64,000 bases of DNA from an uncultured Verrucomicrobiae bacterium (lineage in GTDB: Bacteria > Verrucomicrobiota > Verrucomicrobiia > Chthoniobacterales > UBA10450), in NCBI GenBank assembly GCA_963834385.1, contig CAWIBO010000005.1:608001-672000 (forward strand), given 5' to 3'. The stretch's first letter is position 1, and the number at the start of each line of letters is the position of its first letter. A model generated the notes under the pieces. That model did no database searches. It was not told the DNA's origin and worked only from the letters and a program-made list of their open reading frames with translations. Below are positions 21,034-31,372 of the stretch, piece after piece. The translations under genes were made by a program, and so were the position numbers.

Positions 21034-22295
21034 TCAGCCGGCGGGCTGAATCACGCCGCTGACTTCGCCGAACCCGACGCGATAACCATCGCCTTCGCTC
21101 CAACCCGTGAGCGTCAGCTCATCGCCATCCTCCAGCCACTTGCGCTGTTCGCCCCCGGGCAGGGAGAGCGGATTGGCGCCACGCCAGGTGAGCTCGAGCA
21201 TGCACCCGCGCGAATCCTCGGTCGGGCCGCTGATGGTGCCGCTCGCGAGCATGTCACCGGGCTGCATATTGCAGCCGTTGACCGTGTGATGCGCGAGCTG
21301 CTGCGCAATGCTCCAGTAGAGATTGTTGAAATTTGATTGGGTGATCGTGACCGCCTCCTTCATCGAGGAGGATCGCAGGCGCGCCTCGAGCCTGATGTCG
21401 TAGGTAAAATCATTCGCGGCTTTCAGATAGGAAAGCGGCGCCGGGTCCTGCGCCGGGAGCGGCCGGCGGAACGGCTCGAGCGCGTCCAGGGTCACGATCC
21501 AGGGCGAAACGCTGCTGCAAAAATTCTTGGCCAGGAACGGACCAAGAGGCTGGTATTCCCATGTCTGCAGGTCGCGTGCGCTCCAGTCATTCATCAGGAC
21601 CATGCCAAAGATATGGTCCGCGGCCTTTTCCACCGGGATCGGTTCGCCCAGGGCGTTGCCGGGACCGACGAGGAACGCCATCTCGAGTTCGTAGTCGAAG
21701 GCGCGGGTTGCGGAAAAAATGGGAGCGTCATGGTCCGGCGGTTTGATCTGTCCCTTTGGGCCGCCGGACCGGTTGACCGCTGACCACGATGGAACTGGCC
21801 CGGCCGTGATAGGCCACCGGCAGCCATTTCCAGTTTGGCATCAGGGCGTTGTCCGCCCCGCGCAGCATGGTGCCGACATTGTGGGCATGATGATAGGACG
21901 AGTAGAAATCGGTGTAATTCCCCACCCGCACCGGCAACTGCAGGGTCACCTCCCGCTGTGCGTGAAGCGCGCGCGCGCGCAGCGCCTTGTCATCACGCAG
22001 TTTTCCCGAAGTGTCGGCGAGCAGCCCCTGCACCGTCTCGCGCACGGCCCGCCAGGCCGGCCGGCCCATGGCCAGGAAAGGATTCAGTGCGTCGAGGGCA
22101 AAGATATTCCCCTCGCCCAGCGGCGCCTTGCCGAAGAGACCGGCCTCGTGCAGCACCGCGAGGTCCAGCACCTGGTCGCCGATCGCCACTCCTGCCCGCG
22201 CTGTTCCCTCTCGCGGCCGAAAAACTCCAAAGGGCAGGTTATGGATCGAGAAAGTGGGATTCGGGGGCAATCTCGAGAAAGGAAGTCAGGCTCAT
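21034..22295 (-). CDS. fahA: Fumarylacetoacetase; frameshifts near 22251 and 21752
   Basis: Joined frames give MSLTSFLEI..FSIHNLPFG, YTDFYSS..HA, PVAYHGRASS, DYELEMAF, NDWSARDLQ.WEYQPLGPF, GDMLASGTISG. ATG overlaps the upstream stop. Confidence 0.9.
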
Positions 22296-23218
22296 GGCAT
22301 CAGTTGCAGTCCGCGCAGGTCGTCGTTGGGTTCATCAAAGCTGCAGCTTCCGAAAGAAGTCACCAGGCGGCGGTGCTGCAGGACCGCGGCCAGCGGAACG
22401 TCGCGGTCGCGCCAGGAGAACGCTTCATCGGTAAAGTGAAAGTGGATCGGATCCTCGTCGGCCAGCACCTCTTGCACCTGCTTTTCGTCGAGCCGGTGTT
22501 CGAGCGCAAGAACGCCCGCGCCGAGGACGTTCAGGAAGCCGTGCATTTCCGTCTCGACGCTTTGGTGATAGCGGCGCACCGGATGATGCAGGCCGGCGGT
22601 GAACTTGATCGGCGTCTCCGTGCGCGCGGCCGCCACCAGGGCAGCCGCGACCTGTTCCAGGGAAGGAAAAGCCGCCGCGATCACGCCACCGGTTCGCAAC
22701 TTGAAGCCGGCCTTGCGCTCCGCGTCGCTGCGGTCGTTATACTGCGAAAGGATGGCGATGGTCGGCGCGGCTGCCTCCGGCGGCGCTTCAAAAAAGCATT
22801 GCAGCCCGAGGGCGCCGAGCATCTCCTCCGCGTGCTCGAACAATTCCACCCCGGCCCCCGGCGGCAGCGGCATTTCCAATTGGGTGATCAGGGCCGCGCC
22901 CTGGTGCGCCGTGTTAAAGCCACGGATGGCATCGGCCATCGACCGGAGGCTCTCGGCGAAATCATTGGCATCTGCTGTCTTCACCCCAAGAGCCGAAACC
23001 AGGAGCGGCTTTTCCCGTTCGAATCTTCCGACCTCCCGGCCCGCGGCATCAAACTGGGCCAGAGGCAGGACAAACGCCCCCAGCATCCATGATTCCGGCG
23101 CCCGGACATACCGCGCGTGATTGGCCAGGGCCGGCTCGAGCTCGAGGTTGGCCGGCGGAAAAAGACCGGCGTAATCAAGGGAACGGGCCAGGAGGGCGCG
23201 GAGAGTGGCGGCTGGCAT
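22292..23218 (-). CDS. Hypothetical protein translationally coupled to fahA
   Basis: DYAGLFPPA, GFKLRTGG, PIKFTAGLHHPVR, HGFLN and SFGSCSFDEP motifs. Confidence 0.8.
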   Translation of the reverse strand: MPAATLRALLARSLDYAGLFPPANLELEPALANHARYVRAPESWMLGAFVLPLAQFDAAGREVGRFEREKPLLVSALGVKTADANDFAESLRSMADAIRGFNTAHQGAALITQLEMPLPPGAGVELFEHAEEMLGALGLQCFFEAPPEAAAPTIAILSQYNDRSDAERKAGFKLRTGGVIAAAFPSLEQVAAALVAAARTETPIKFTAGLHHPVRRYHQSVETEMHGFLNVLGAGVLALEHRLDEKQVQEVLADEDPIHFHFTDEAFSWRDRDVPLAAVLQHRRLVTSFGSCSFDEPNDDLRGLQLMP

Positions 23219-23268
23219 CGCTTCAACACAACGTCCCAAGAGAGGCCCTCGTCAACCGTCTCCCGCAG

Positions 23269-24198
23269 TTATCCCGAAAGGTGCGGGGCCATGCGGAAAG
23301 CCCGCGACAACCTGCCGCCCGGCGGGATCGTCAGGAGACCGACCTTGTCCTCGAACGGCTTCTGCTCCTCGTGGTCGGTCAGGCCCCAGCAGGGCTCCAG
23401 GCAAAGAAACGGGCCGCCGTCCGACCAGAGCGTGACATAAGGAACGTCAGCCAGATCAATCTCCACGACGCGCCCGGTGGGATCATCATGGAAACGGAAA
23501 CGGCGATCGGGCACATCGACAAACTCGAGAATAAAGGAGCCGGGCAGGCGCTCACGCGGGAACGGCATCGGGCCGGACGCGATCTCCAAATCCTGGGTCT
23601 CGCCGCTCAGGTAATTCGTGGGCGAGAAATAACGCCGGTATTTGCCCCCGGGCATCAGCAGCCGGAAACTTTCAAAGGTTGTCGCGCCGAACCCGGGGTG
23701 CAGCCCGAACCCCACATGCGCGGTCAGCTCCGGTTCATGATTCAAAAACTTAAAACGGGTCACGAGCACGCCCTCCTCCAGTGCGTAGGTGAGGTCGAGC
23801 GAAACCCGCAGCGGATAATCCTCCGGCGCGTAATCGTCCGGGGTCATCCGGTAGGTCACGGCGAGTTCTTCCTGCCGGGTCAGTGTCCAGACTCTGTCAC
23901 GAAGGAAACCATGCGTCCCGCCGCGGATCTCGCGGCCCCGATAGCATGAGCGTCCTTCCTTCAGCCGATGCAGGTAGTACCCCATGACGGTGGCATGATT
24001 GGCCCAGCCGGCCGCCGGCGCGGAGAGATCATTGTCCCGATACAGAAAACCGGTCCACGTCCCGGCCGGCGCCCGGCGCTGCAGACTGATCAGCTCGGCG
24101 CCCAGCCGCGAAACGATGAAACGGAGGCCGCGCTCCTCATCCGTGATCGCGTCCAGGAGGGAGTCGCCCCGCTTCTCCGCGCGATAACCCGACCCCAT
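23269..24198 (-). CDS. Aldose 1-epimerase / galactose mutarotase-like protein
   Basis: GAELISL, HGFLRDR.W, GFGLHPGF, FLCLEPCWG. Confidence 0.85.
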   Translation of the reverse strand: MGSGYRAEKRGDSLLDAITDEERGLRFIVSRLGAELISLQRRAPAGTWTGFLYRDNDLSAPAAGWANHATVMGYYLHRLKEGRSCYRGREIRGGTHGFLRDRVWTLTRQEELAVTYRMTPDDYAPEDYPLRVSLDLTYALEEGVLVTRFKFLNHEPELTAHVGFGLHPGFGATTFESFRLLMPGGKYRRYFSPTNYLSGETQDLEIASGPMPFPRERLPGSFILEFVDVPDRRFRFHDDPTGRVVEIDLADVPYVTLWSDGGPFLCLEPCWGLTDHEEQKPFEDKVGLLTIPPGGRLSRAFRMAPHLSG

Positions 24199-24207
24199 CT
24201 TCGTGCC

Positions 24208-25470
24208 TCAGGGGAAGAGGCCGCGGGTCGCCTTGGCGCGCATGACCCGCTCCACGCCGATGGCCATGGCGGAGGTGCGATGGGAGATTTTGTGCTCCTT
24301 GGCGCGCTTGATCACCTGGACAAAGGAATGTTCCAGGATGCGGAAAAGTTTGTCGGTCACTTCCGTCTCGGTCCACATGAAGGACTGGAGTCCCTGGACC
24401 CACTCGAAGTAGGAGACGATGACGCCGCCGGCGTTGCAAAGAATGTCTGGGATGACAAAGATCTCGTCCCAGCGCGTGTCGAGAATGCGGTCGGCTTCCG
24501 GGGTGGTCGGCCCGTTGGCGCCCTCGGCCAGGATGCGGCACTTGAGTTGCCCGGCGTTTTTCTCCGTGATAACGCGGTCGACCGCGGCCGGGATGAGAAT
24601 GTCGCATTTCATCGTCAGCAGTTCGTTCGGGTCGACCAGGTCTCCCTCGTCCCAGCCTTTGAGGGAACCGTGCTCGGTCACCCAGCGTTCCGCGGCCTTC
24701 ACATCCAGGCCTTTCGGGTTGTAGACAGCCTCGTAGGCGTCGCTGATGCCGAGCACTTTCACCCCGGTTTTCAGGGCGAGAGAAAGCGCGGCGACGGAGC
24801 CGACGTTGCCAAAGCCCTGCACAATGGCGGTGGTCTTGCTCGCATCCATCTTGAGCATGTCCATGGCGCGCTCGACCAGATAAACGACGCCACGGCCGGT
24901 CGATTCGCGCCGGCCTTCCGTGCCGCCGATGGCGACCGGCTTGCCGGTGACGATCTCGCTCACGGCATACCCCTGGTAAACGGAATAGGTGTCCATGAAC
25001 CAGGCCATGATCTGCTCGTTCGTGCCCATGTCCGGGCCCATGATGTCGGTATGCGGGCCGACAAACGGGATCATCTCCTGCATGTAACGCCGTGAGAGCG
25101 CCTCCAGTTCCGGCCGGGAAAGCTTGGTCGGGTCGCAGGCGATGCCCCCTTTGGCGCCGCCGTAGGGAAGATTGGCCAGGGCGCATTTCCAACTCATCCA
25201 CATGGCGAGGGCGGCGGTCTCCCCCATGGAAAGGGAAGGCGCGAAGCGGGTGCCGCCCTTGGTCGGGCCCAGGGTCAGATGATGCTGGACGCGATACCCC
25301 TGGAAAGTCTGGGTGCTGCCGTCGTCCATGTGGATCGGCAGGGTCACAGCGATGGAGCGCTTCGGATACATCAGGCGCTCGCGCGCATTGACGTCAATGT
25401 TCAGGTAATCGGCAATAACCTCGAACTGCTGGCAGGCCATCGCGAACACGTCATCGTGATAGATATTCAT
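24208..25470 (-). CDS. gdhA: Glu/Leu/Phe/Val dehydrogenase, probably glutamate dehydrogenase
   Basis: GPTKGGTRF, LPYGGAKGG, GPDMGT, VQGFGNVG, EGANGP, NAGGVIVSYFEW. Confidence 0.92.
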   Translation of the reverse strand: MNIYHDDVFAMACQQFEVIADYLNIDVNARERLMYPKRSIAVTLPIHMDDGSTQTFQGYRVQHHLTLGPTKGGTRFAPSLSMGETAALAMWMSWKCALANLPYGGAKGGIACDPTKLSRPELEALSRRYMQEMIPFVGPHTDIMGPDMGTNEQIMAWFMDTYSVYQGYAVSEIVTGKPVAIGGTEGRRESTGRGVVYLVERAMDMLKMDASKTTAIVQGFGNVGSVAALSLALKTGVKVLGISDAYEAVYNPKGLDVKAAERWVTEHGSLKGWDEGDLVDPNELLTMKCDILIPAAVDRVITEKNAGQLKCRILAEGANGPTTPEADRILDTRWDEIFVIPDILCNAGGVIVSYFEWVQGLQSFMWTETEVTDKLFRILEHSFVQVIKRAKEHKISHRTSAMAIGVERVMRAKATRGLFP

Positions 25471-25537
25471 AAAAGAGCGCCGCCGAATCGAAGGGGCGGC
25501 AAATCAGCCTGCTATCTCCGCCCGCGCACCCGAGCCG

Positions 25538-27142
25538 TCAAATCGAATCCGAACGGCCAAAACGACGCCGCAGCAGGGTCACCATGTCCTGAAGCTCGGT
25601 CACTCGCAACAGGTAGGCTGCGCCGAAAAAGACCGTGCCACCCAGTCCGATGGTGCCGAGGATGCCCAGAAGCTGTTCCCAATGAGCGATTTCGGGCCGG
25701 GCGTCGAAGAAAAAGCGCCGCGCCAGCCAGCAGACCCCCGCGAGACAGGCCCCGGCCACAACCAGCTTGCCGAAGGTGCGCGCCATCAGGCCGGTTTCCA
25801 GCCGGCCGGTGTAATGCCGCATCATGGAATAGAGGAAGATGAAATTCGAGAATGCCACCAGGCTGGTGGAAAGGGCCAGACCACGGTGTCCCAGCCCCAT
25901 CTTGAAGGTGAGAAACCAGTTCAGACAAAAGTTCACCAGGATGGAGGAGAAGCTCACCAGCATCGGCAGGTAACGGCGGTCCAGGGCGTAAAACGCCGGC
26001 GCCAGCACCTTGTCCGCCGAATAAGCCACCAGTCCGACGGCATACCAGCGCAACGCGCCCGCGGTCTGTTCCGTCATGAAGGCGGTAAACCGGCCGTGCT
26101 CGTAAATCAGGCTGATGATCGGTTCGGCCAAGATGATCAGGCCAATGGCCGAGGGAATCGTCAGGAGCATGACCAGACGGATGGCATGCGCGAGGCCGCT
26201 GCGGAACTGCGGCATGTCGTTGGCGGCGGCGCTGCGCGAAACCAGTGGCAGAGTGACTGTGGCCACGGCCACGCCGAAGATCCCGAGAGGGAGCTGCATC
26301 AGGCGGAAGGCGATGTTGAGCCAGCTGACCGCGCCATCCTCGAGATAGGAGGCGAAGATGCTGTTGATGAGAACGTTCACCTGCACGGCGCTGGCCGCGA
26401 CCACCGCCGGCCCCATCAACTGCAAAACCTTGCGCACCCCGGGATCACGCCAGTGAAAATCGGGACGGAAGCGGAAGCCCGCCTTGACCAGGGAGGGAAA
26501 TTGCACGGTCAACTGGAGGAAACCGCCGATGAGCGTGCCAACGGCCAGGCCGACCAGCGCGGGCGGTCCAAAGGTTGGATCGATCCACCACCCGACCGTG
26601 ACGCCGCCGATGATGGAGCCGAGGTTAAAGAAGCTGGAGGCGAGGGCCGGGATGCCGAAGACATGCTTCGCGTTGAGCATGCCCATGGCGAGGGCGGCAA
26701 GCGACACGAGCAGGATGAACGGATACATGATCCGCGCCAGGAGCGCGGTCAGCGCCGCCTTCTCGTCGTCAAACCCGGGCGCAAGGATGTTGACCAGGAT
26801 CGGGGCGATGGCGATGCCGATCAGGACCACGCCGCTCATGAAGATCAGGGCCAGCGTGGCGATCTTGTTCGCGAGGCTCCAGGCCGACTCATCCCCTTCG
26901 CTGGCGATCTTCTTCGAGAAGGTGGTGACGAAGGCGGTGGATAGCGCTCCCTCGGCAAAAAGATCCCGCAGCATGTTTGGGGTGCGGAACGCGGTCAGGA
27001 AGGCGTCCATGCTGCGCGACGCGCCGAAGAGCGAGGCGAAGACCACCTCGCGCACCAGGCCCAGGAGCCGGCTGCAGAGAATGGCGATCGCCACCACCCC
27101 GGTCGCCTTTGTGCTGATGCGAGAAGGACCCGGAGCAGACAT
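25538..27142 (-). CDS. murJ: Lipid II flippase
   Basis: SRLLGLVRE, DAFLTAFRTPNMLRDLFAEGALSTAFV, RLMQLPLG. Confidence 0.95.
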   Translation of the reverse strand: MSAPGPSRISTKATGVVAIAILCSRLLGLVREVVFASLFGASRSMDAFLTAFRTPNMLRDLFAEGALSTAFVTTFSKKIASEGDESAWSLANKIATLALIFMSGVVLIGIAIAPILVNILAPGFDDEKAALTALLARIMYPFILLVSLAALAMGMLNAKHVFGIPALASSFFNLGSIIGGVTVGWWIDPTFGPPALVGLAVGTLIGGFLQLTVQFPSLVKAGFRFRPDFHWRDPGVRKVLQLMGPAVVAASAVQVNVLINSIFASYLEDGAVSWLNIAFRLMQLPLGIFGVAVATVTLPLVSRSAAANDMPQFRSGLAHAIRLVMLLTIPSAIGLIILAEPIISLIYEHGRFTAFMTEQTAGALRWYAVGLVAYSADKVLAPAFYALDRRYLPMLVSFSSILVNFCLNWFLTFKMGLGHRGLALSTSLVAFSNFIFLYSMMRHYTGRLETGLMARTFGKLVVAGACLAGVCWLARRFFFDARPEIAHWEQLLGILGTIGLGGTVFFGAAYLLRVTELQDMVTLLRRRFGRSDSI

Positions 27143-27204
27143 GGCGTTGAAGGAACAGCCGACTCAACCCGGCGAAAAGCGAAAACTTCGGGGGCCCGAA
27201 ACTG

Positions 27205-30132
27205 CTAGGCCTTGCGCCGGGAAAGGAACCGCTGGTAGATGAATGAGGCGATGATCAGGACAAGCGCCACCCCGATAAAGGCGCCAATCCGGTAAAGCTG
27301 GCCAAGGTTGGCCAGGTCGTGCAGGAAAAGTTTCGCCAACGTGACCAGCAGCAAAGCGAGCCCGGCATAACGCGCTGCCCGGCTTTTCAGCCACATCCCG
27401 ACGAGAAGCAGAACAAAGGCAAACAGAGCCCAGGCGATGGAATAGGTCATGTCCCGGGCGAAATCGCCGCTGAAGGAAAATGTCAGCGTCGGCCCGATGG
27501 AGAAGTAGTCGGCGATCTCGATGTTCAGGAGAAGAAACGCGAGGAGAGTGCCCAGGGTGTAAAGAAACGGACGAGCCGCGCGTTCCAGCAGGTGCGGCCG
27601 GGGCTCGCCAAAGAGCCGGGCCCCTGCGAGAAGGCAAAGCGTGGTCACGCCATAAGCGTAGAGATACCAGTTCCATAGCCGGAGCGGGGCGCGCGGATGA
27701 TACTCCCAAACCTCGGGGTTCAGCGCCAGCCGGGCAAACGCGACCGCCAGAAGCAAGGTGCCCGCGACGCGCAGTCCGCGGTGCGGCACTTTCCGGAACA
27801 GCCAGATGAGCGCGAGCCCCTCCAGGGCCCAGCCGAGCGTGATCCATTCCCGGTCGAACTGGACCGGGAAAATCAGCGCGACAAAAAAGAGACCGGCGCC
27901 CCCCTGCCAGGCCAGGGCCGCCGCGCCGGTGGCCGGGAGGAGTCCGACCCGGTGCCGCAGATAATAAACTCCCAGGGCGAACGGGACCACGAACGCCGCC
28001 GGCAACAGACCGTTCTGCGCCGCCGGATAAGCCGCGCCGGTCGCCTGGTAGATCAGCCAGAAAAACAGCGCCCCCGCCCCGGCGGAAACCGCCCAGGGCA
28101 GCGCGGCCCGTTTCTCCGCCACGAAATAGGGGTAACCGAGGAAAAGAAACAGCAACCCCGCATACCAGGAAAGCGGCGGCACCGAAAAATCGGGCGCGAA
28201 ATTCTCCAGGTGCCATTGCCCGGCGATGGCCCACGCACAAACGAGCGCGATGGCCGCCAGAACGTTCCGCCGCGCGTAAACGCCAAGACCGAGAAGCAGC
28301 ACCGCGAGCAGCCCGATCACGGCAAAGACCGCGGTCGGATCAGGCAGCGACATCTTCTCCACCACCATCGCGACGAGCGCGAAAGGAAGCGCCGCCGCCA
28401 GGGCGGGCGTGAGAGCGGTCCAATCGCCGGCATCCTTCGCGGCCCGCCGGTTGACGAAAAGCGTCGCGCCGAAAAAGAAAACGCCGAACCCGGCGCTGAC
28501 GACAAGAAATTCGGGGACCGTCGCCAGATCGGCGGGAGCGGTGACAATCCACAGCGCGGCGATGCCGATGGTGAGCAGCAAAGCCGTGAGGGTGGCGGCG
28601 AGGGTGCGCGTCCGGAGCGCGATGACGATAACGAGCGCATCGAGCAGGAGCAGGCCGGCCCAGACCGCCGGCCCCGCCTGGTTTTGGAGGATGACCAAAA
28701 CGATCAGCCCGAGGGAAAGCAGCGGGACAAAAGGGAGCGGGCGCGCCGCCCCCGGGAGGCCGGGCGCGCGCGGCCATAAAATCGGCAGGGCATGAATCCC
28801 GGCAAAGAGCAGAAAGGCGCCAAGCCCCCACCAGAGGCGCGGACCATCGAGGTAGGCCAGCGTCCAGGTGGCAAGAAGAAGAAATGTCGCCAGCCCGGAA
28901 GCGACGCTGATGATGGCGCGCCGGACCCCGGCCTCGCCCCCGGAGAAGGTAAGGATCACCAGGCCGAGATCGGCCGCGAAGATCAGCGAAAAGAAGAGCA
29001 GCGGGGCAAACCCGAGTTGCTCATGCGAGAGGAAGGCCGGGGCGAAGAAGAGCGCGCCGAAGCCGGCGGCCACGCCCGCGGGAATGGTCCATTTGCCACT
29101 GCGCCCGGCGCGGCGGCGAATGAACGAGATAAGAAGAAACTGGAGCTGAAAGCCGAGAAAAATGACACAGGCGGCGGGCGCCCTGGCCACGTCGAAATGC
29201 TCGAGCGCCCAGCCATATTCCATGGCGAGCGTTCCGAGCGCCGCCAGGAAGATGAGATAACTCCAGCCTTTACGCAGGGCGACGGCGGCAATGCCGGCGT
29301 TGAGCAAAGCGACGTAGGTGAAAAGAGCCGGCGCGTTGTCCTGCCCGGTCGCGAGGAGGACGGGCGTGACGAAGCCCCCGAGCAGACCGAGCACCGCCAC
29401 CACCTGCGCATGGAGGCGGACTGCCAGGGCAAAGGCCGCGACGGTGACCGCGGCCATGAGCGCGAAAGCCACCGGCAACGACAAAAGTCCATAGAACGAC
29501 TGGGCGGCGAAGATCGTTGCGTAAAGGACCAGAACGCCGGTGGCGCAAAGGCTCTGCCCCGGCACCCGGTAGCTTCGTGCTGCGCGCCATCCGCCGAGCA
29601 GGAGGGCGAGCCCGGCCGTTCCGCCAAAGAGAACACGTGTGCGCGGCGAGATCAGGTTGTTCTGGAAGGAATATTTCACCAGGAAAACAAGACCGAGGAA
29701 GAGAACGAAGCCGCCGATCCAGGCAAAGAGTTTGACCCCCATGAACGCCTCCCAGTCGATGGCCACGGGACGCGGCGGCGGGACCGACGGCGGAAGCGGT
29801 GGCGGAGGGGGGACCGGGCCGGACGGCAACGGCGGAGGGACCGCGGAAGTGCGCGGCGGCCGTTGCAAAATCGCGGGCTCGGGAATCTTCAGCCCCGTAT
29901 CCGTGCTGCGCGCGGGACTGGGCGGGGCCGAAGCCGGCGGCGCGGCGGCGGCGGCCGGCACTCCCACCGGCGGAGAAGCCGGACGAGGAGTTCCGCCCTC
30001 CAGGCGAAGCAGACGCTCTGAGAGGAGCTTCAGGGTCGATTCGAGCCGCCGCACCCGAGAGAACAGGATCAGCGGCAAAACAAAGACGACGACCGCCAGG
30101 CCGATCGCCGCTAAAGCGAACAACGCCTCCAT
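27205..30132 (-). CDS. DUF2339-like large membrane protein
   Basis: N-terminal TM, Pro-rich linker, WEAFMGVKLFAWIGG, many TM helices, C-terminal KLFLHDL..LYRIGAFIG. Confidence 0.85.
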   Translation of the reverse strand: MEALFALAAIGLAVVVFVLPLILFSRVRRLESTLKLLSERLLRLEGGTPRPASPPVGVPAAAAAPPASAPPSPARSTDTGLKIPEPAILQRPPRTSAVPPPLPSGPVPPPPPLPPSVPPPRPVAIDWEAFMGVKLFAWIGGFVLFLGLVFLVKYSFQNNLISPRTRVLFGGTAGLALLLGGWRAARSYRVPGQSLCATGVLVLYATIFAAQSFYGLLSLPVAFALMAAVTVAAFALAVRLHAQVVAVLGLLGGFVTPVLLATGQDNAPALFTYVALLNAGIAAVALRKGWSYLIFLAALGTLAMEYGWALEHFDVARAPAACVIFLGFQLQFLLISFIRRRAGRSGKWTIPAGVAAGFGALFFAPAFLSHEQLGFAPLLFFSLIFAADLGLVILTFSGGEAGVRRAIISVASGLATFLLLATWTLAYLDGPRLWWGLGAFLLFAGIHALPILWPRAPGLPGAARPLPFVPLLSLGLIVLVILQNQAGPAVWAGLLLLDALVIVIALRTRTLAATLTALLLTIGIAALWIVTAPADLATVPEFLVVSAGFGVFFFGATLFVNRRAAKDAGDWTALTPALAAALPFALVAMVVEKMSLPDPTAVFAVIGLLAVLLLGLGVYARRNVLAAIALVCAWAIAGQWHLENFAPDFSVPPLSWYAGLLFLFLGYPYFVAEKRAALPWAVSAGAGALFFWLIYQATGAAYPAAQNGLLPAAFVVPFALGVYYLRHRVGLLPATGAAALAWQGGAGLFFVALIFPVQFDREWITLGWALEGLALIWLFRKVPHRGLRVAGTLLLAVAFARLALNPEVWEYHPRAPLRLWNWYLYAYGVTTLCLLAGARLFGEPRPHLLERAARPFLYTLGTLLAFLLLNIEIADYFSIGPTLTFSFSGDFARDMTYSIAWALFAFVLLLVGMWLKSRAARYAGLALLLVTLAKLFLHDLANLGQLYRIGAFIGVALVLIIASFIYQRFLSRRKA

Positions 30133-30206
30133 GTTCCGGGAAAATAACAAAGCGGGCGCGAGTCTGCGCTGCCGGAGCCGCCACGCGCAAGCAAGGAATG
30201 CCGGGG

Positions 30207-30962
30207 CTAAAGACCGGTCGGATGATCGACAAAAATCCAGGGAAGCCCAAAGCGTTCCGCCAGGTGAGCCGCGAGCGCCTTGACCCCGAAAGTTTCGGTG
30301 GCGTAATGACCTCCCAAAAGAAGGTTCACGCCCAGCTCCTCCGCTGCCACCGCCGCCCAGTGGGGCGCTTCCCCGGTGATGAAGGTATCGACCCCGGCCC
30401 GCGCCGCGGCTTCCACGTCGCTTCCGGCCCCGCCGCTCACAATCCCGATGGATCGACACTCGAGAGGGCCGCCCCCAACGCAGTGCACCGGGCCGCCCAG
30501 CAGTTTCTCCAACCGCGCGACCAGGTCGCCCCGGGCCGTCCTGGTTTCGGACCTGACCCCGATCGGTTTCCCTTTGTGTTCCAGAAACGGAGCGAGGTTC
30601 TGCAGGCGCAAGCCGCGCGCGAGCAGGACGTTGTTGCCCACTTCCGGATGAACATCCAGCGGCAGATGCGCGCTGTAGATCGCCAGGTCATGGTCAAAGG
30701 CAAAGGCAAACTGGCCGCGGACATGGCCCACCACCGGACGCGGTCCTGACCAGAAAAGACCGTGATGCACCAGGAGCAGGTTGGCTTCTTCCTCGACGGC
30801 CTTTCGCATCGTCGGGGTGGAAGCGTCGACCGCGGCGCCGATCTTTGTCACGCTCCCGCCGTTCTCGAGCTGCAGGCCGTTCAAGGCGTTTGCGTAATCA
30901 TCGATCTCTCCGATCCGAAGAAAGCCGTCGCAATAATCGACAAGGTCACGCAGCGAAACCAT
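30207..30962 (-). CDS. Nif3-like dinuclear metal-centre protein
   Basis: NGLQLE, LLVHHGLFW, HLPLDVH..GNN, FITGE, GHYATETFG. Confidence 0.93.
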   Translation of the reverse strand: MVSLRDLVDYCDGFLRIGEIDDYANALNGLQLENGGSVTKIGAAVDASTPTMRKAVEEEANLLLVHHGLFWSGPRPVVGHVRGQFAFAFDHDLAIYSAHLPLDVHPEVGNNVLLARGLRLQNLAPFLEHKGKPIGVRSETRTARGDLVARLEKLLGGPVHCVGGGPLECRSIGIVSGGAGSDVEAAARAGVDTFITGEAPHWAAVAAEELGVNLLLGGHYATETFGVKALAAHLAERFGLPWIFVDHPTGL

Positions 30963-31019
30963 GGGCGCAGTCTGGCGTCTTCCCTTCCCGTGGGCAAATC
31001 TCGCGTGGCCGGCTTCTTC

Positions 31020-31224
31020 GGTAGGGCGACGCTCCGCGGAGCCTGGGAGCACGCGTCGTCATCCATTAGATACGGCGCCCTGCTTTGTCTGGAGCCAATC
31101 CCGACGAGGGGCGCTTCTTCCCGGAGGGACGAGCTTCCGCTCGTCCTGGACCTGCGGAAGCAGGTCCCTCCGTTTTGGAGCGGGGCATCGATTGCTCCCA
31201 GGCTCGACGGAGTCTCACCCTACC
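31020..31224. repeat. Inverted pair of GTAG-type REP-like units with a third GGAG variant between them
   Basis: GGTAGGGCGACGCTCCGCGGAGCC (31020-31043), GGAGGGACGAGCTTCCGCTCGTCC (31123-31146), GGCTCGACGGAGTCTCACCCTACC (31201-31224). Confidence 0.8.
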
Positions 31225-31239
31225 GGGGGGTACGAGGGG

Positions 31240-31369
31240 CGTGAGTTGTGAATGGTGAATCGTGAATAGAAGGGAGGGCGTCGCTTCCCCAAATCCTGTT
31301 CAATCCTGTAAATCCTGTCTTATCCCAGCCCTCTGCGTCCTCTGTGCTCTCTGCGTTCTCTGTGGTGAA
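31240..31369. repeat. Short-period repeat modules (GTGAAT 7-mers, AATCCTGT triplet, CTCTGYG 9-mer x4)
   Basis: Same modules as cassettes B, C and D in a different order, plus CTCTGCGTC-CTCTGTGCT-CTCTGCGTT-CTCTGTGGT at 31331-31366. Confidence 0.85.
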
Positions 31370-31372
31370 CTC

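Noticed and set aside
30133..30459. N-terminal extension of the DUF2339 ORF to 30459
   Set aside because: Overlaps the Nif3 gene in another frame; ATG at 30132 gives a normal TM start.
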